A stretch of DNA of 64,000 nucleotides. Source: Callorhinchus milii (Eukaryota). The stretch lies in NCBI RefSeq assembly GCF_018977255.1, contig NW_024704743.1:52330001-52394000 (forward strand). The letters run 5' to 3'. The first letter of the stretch is position 1. Each line of letters begins with the position of its first letter. A program made the translations under genes and the position numbers. The notes beneath the pieces were generated by a model. That model saw only the letters and a list, made by a program, of their open reading frames with translations, was not told where the DNA came from and made no database searches. Positions 63,101 through 64,000 of this stretch are shown piece after piece.

Positions 63101-63329
63101 ATGGAACAATTGCATTTGTTGAATTGAACTATTCCACATCTATTATAATAAAAAGGTTGTTATTAGCTAATTGACATGTGTTATACCAATGGCAACTGTT
63201 GCAGAGATAAATCTTGCAACAGTGACCCCAGTTCGGGTGCTGAATTTTAGGAATATAAAGCTACATTTATAGTTTTTGATTATATTCACTTTCTCCATCA
63301 TAGTGAAGATTTGTTTAATCTCTGCAACA

Positions 63330-63775
63330 GGACTTTACCATCAACAAAGCCAAAACCCTCATTCACACCTTTGTCAGGGCCAGACAACTTTTCGAATGCC
63401 CTGATTCCTGACCTCCTCAGCTGGAGCCTCCATAAACTTCAGACCATACAGAACTCTGCAGCCTATATCCTCTTCTGCACTTGGCTCCATGAGCAAATGT
63501 CTTCCCAGTCTTGCACCACCTTATCTCTGAAACTTCCCAGAAACCTACTCCCTCTACTCCTCCAGCTCTGACCAGCTTCATGCTCTACTGTGCTCCATTT
63601 CAGCCCTTTTGTCTCTCCTAAAATCCCTCTACCACTGCACTTTTACCCATTTCTCACAGCACCCTCGCTTTTCCCCCCCACTCCCCCAGCTTTCTACCTG
63701 CTCGGTCTATGTAAGAACTTTGCAACGTTCTCTCATGATAGGTGCTGTGCTACATAAGTGTAAATTGTTGTCTTT
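63330..63775 (+). mobile_element. Old L2 3' fragment
   Basis: FSNALI..LHKLQTIQNSAAYIL motif and a degenerate tail. Confidence 0.7.
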
Positions 63776-64000
63776 GAGACCACCCTGTTTATGTGTAGGT
63801 CAATTTAATGAATAAGAGGGAGAAAAAATGTTCATGTCTTAATGTTTTCTGCCTTCTCCTTCCTACTACAAAGTGGTTTTGAGTGACGTACTATTTCAAT
63901 TCTATTTGTTTAAAACAGATTTTTTAAAAATGTTTTCAATTGGACACATCAACTGTTGCACATAGATATTTGCTGACATTTGTGCAGTTTATGTAAAAAT

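Larger units (their letters stand above)
56637..64000 (+). other. LPCAT1: LPCAT1 intron 2 (partial, runs off the window)
   Basis: Starts GTAAGT. I saw no sequence encoding the expected exon 3 peptide (VVDFLLKAIMRTMWF-like) before the window end. Confidence 0.75.

Noticed and set aside
1..64000. CRISPR array or prokaryotic defence/operon-like system
   Set aside because: Sequence is vertebrate with spliced exons; recurring palindromic motifs are dispersed retroposon tails, not regularly spaced repeat-spacer units.

Overview
Eukaryotic vertebrate genomic DNA, most likely from a cartilaginous fish (inferred from the SINE/L2/CR1/Penelope repeat types, not verified). The only protein-coding gene I can support is the 5' part of LPCAT1 (lysophosphatidylcholine acyltransferase 1) on the + strand. 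It has a CpG-island promoter (~19050-20950), coding exon 1 (19869-20057), a 36.4-kb intron 1 and coding exon 2 (56494-56636). I did not find exon 3, so it presumably lies beyond the window. The rest is repeat-dense: tRNA-Ala-headed SINEs in two length variants, older Deu-domain-like and LF-SINE-like copies, L2 and CR1 LINE fragments, hAT/MITE DNA-transposon relics and one Penelope-like 3' end with a degenerate minimal hammerhead ribozyme motif. Almost all ORFs in the supplied track are repeat-derived or chance. I see no clearly new multi-gene system. The best leads are a candidate micro-exon in intron 1, the intronic hammerhead, a nested long-inverted-repeat/hAT structure, a chimeric SINE sharing its tail with L2, and an unclassified three-copy old repeat. 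Family names come from recalled consensus motifs, not database searches.
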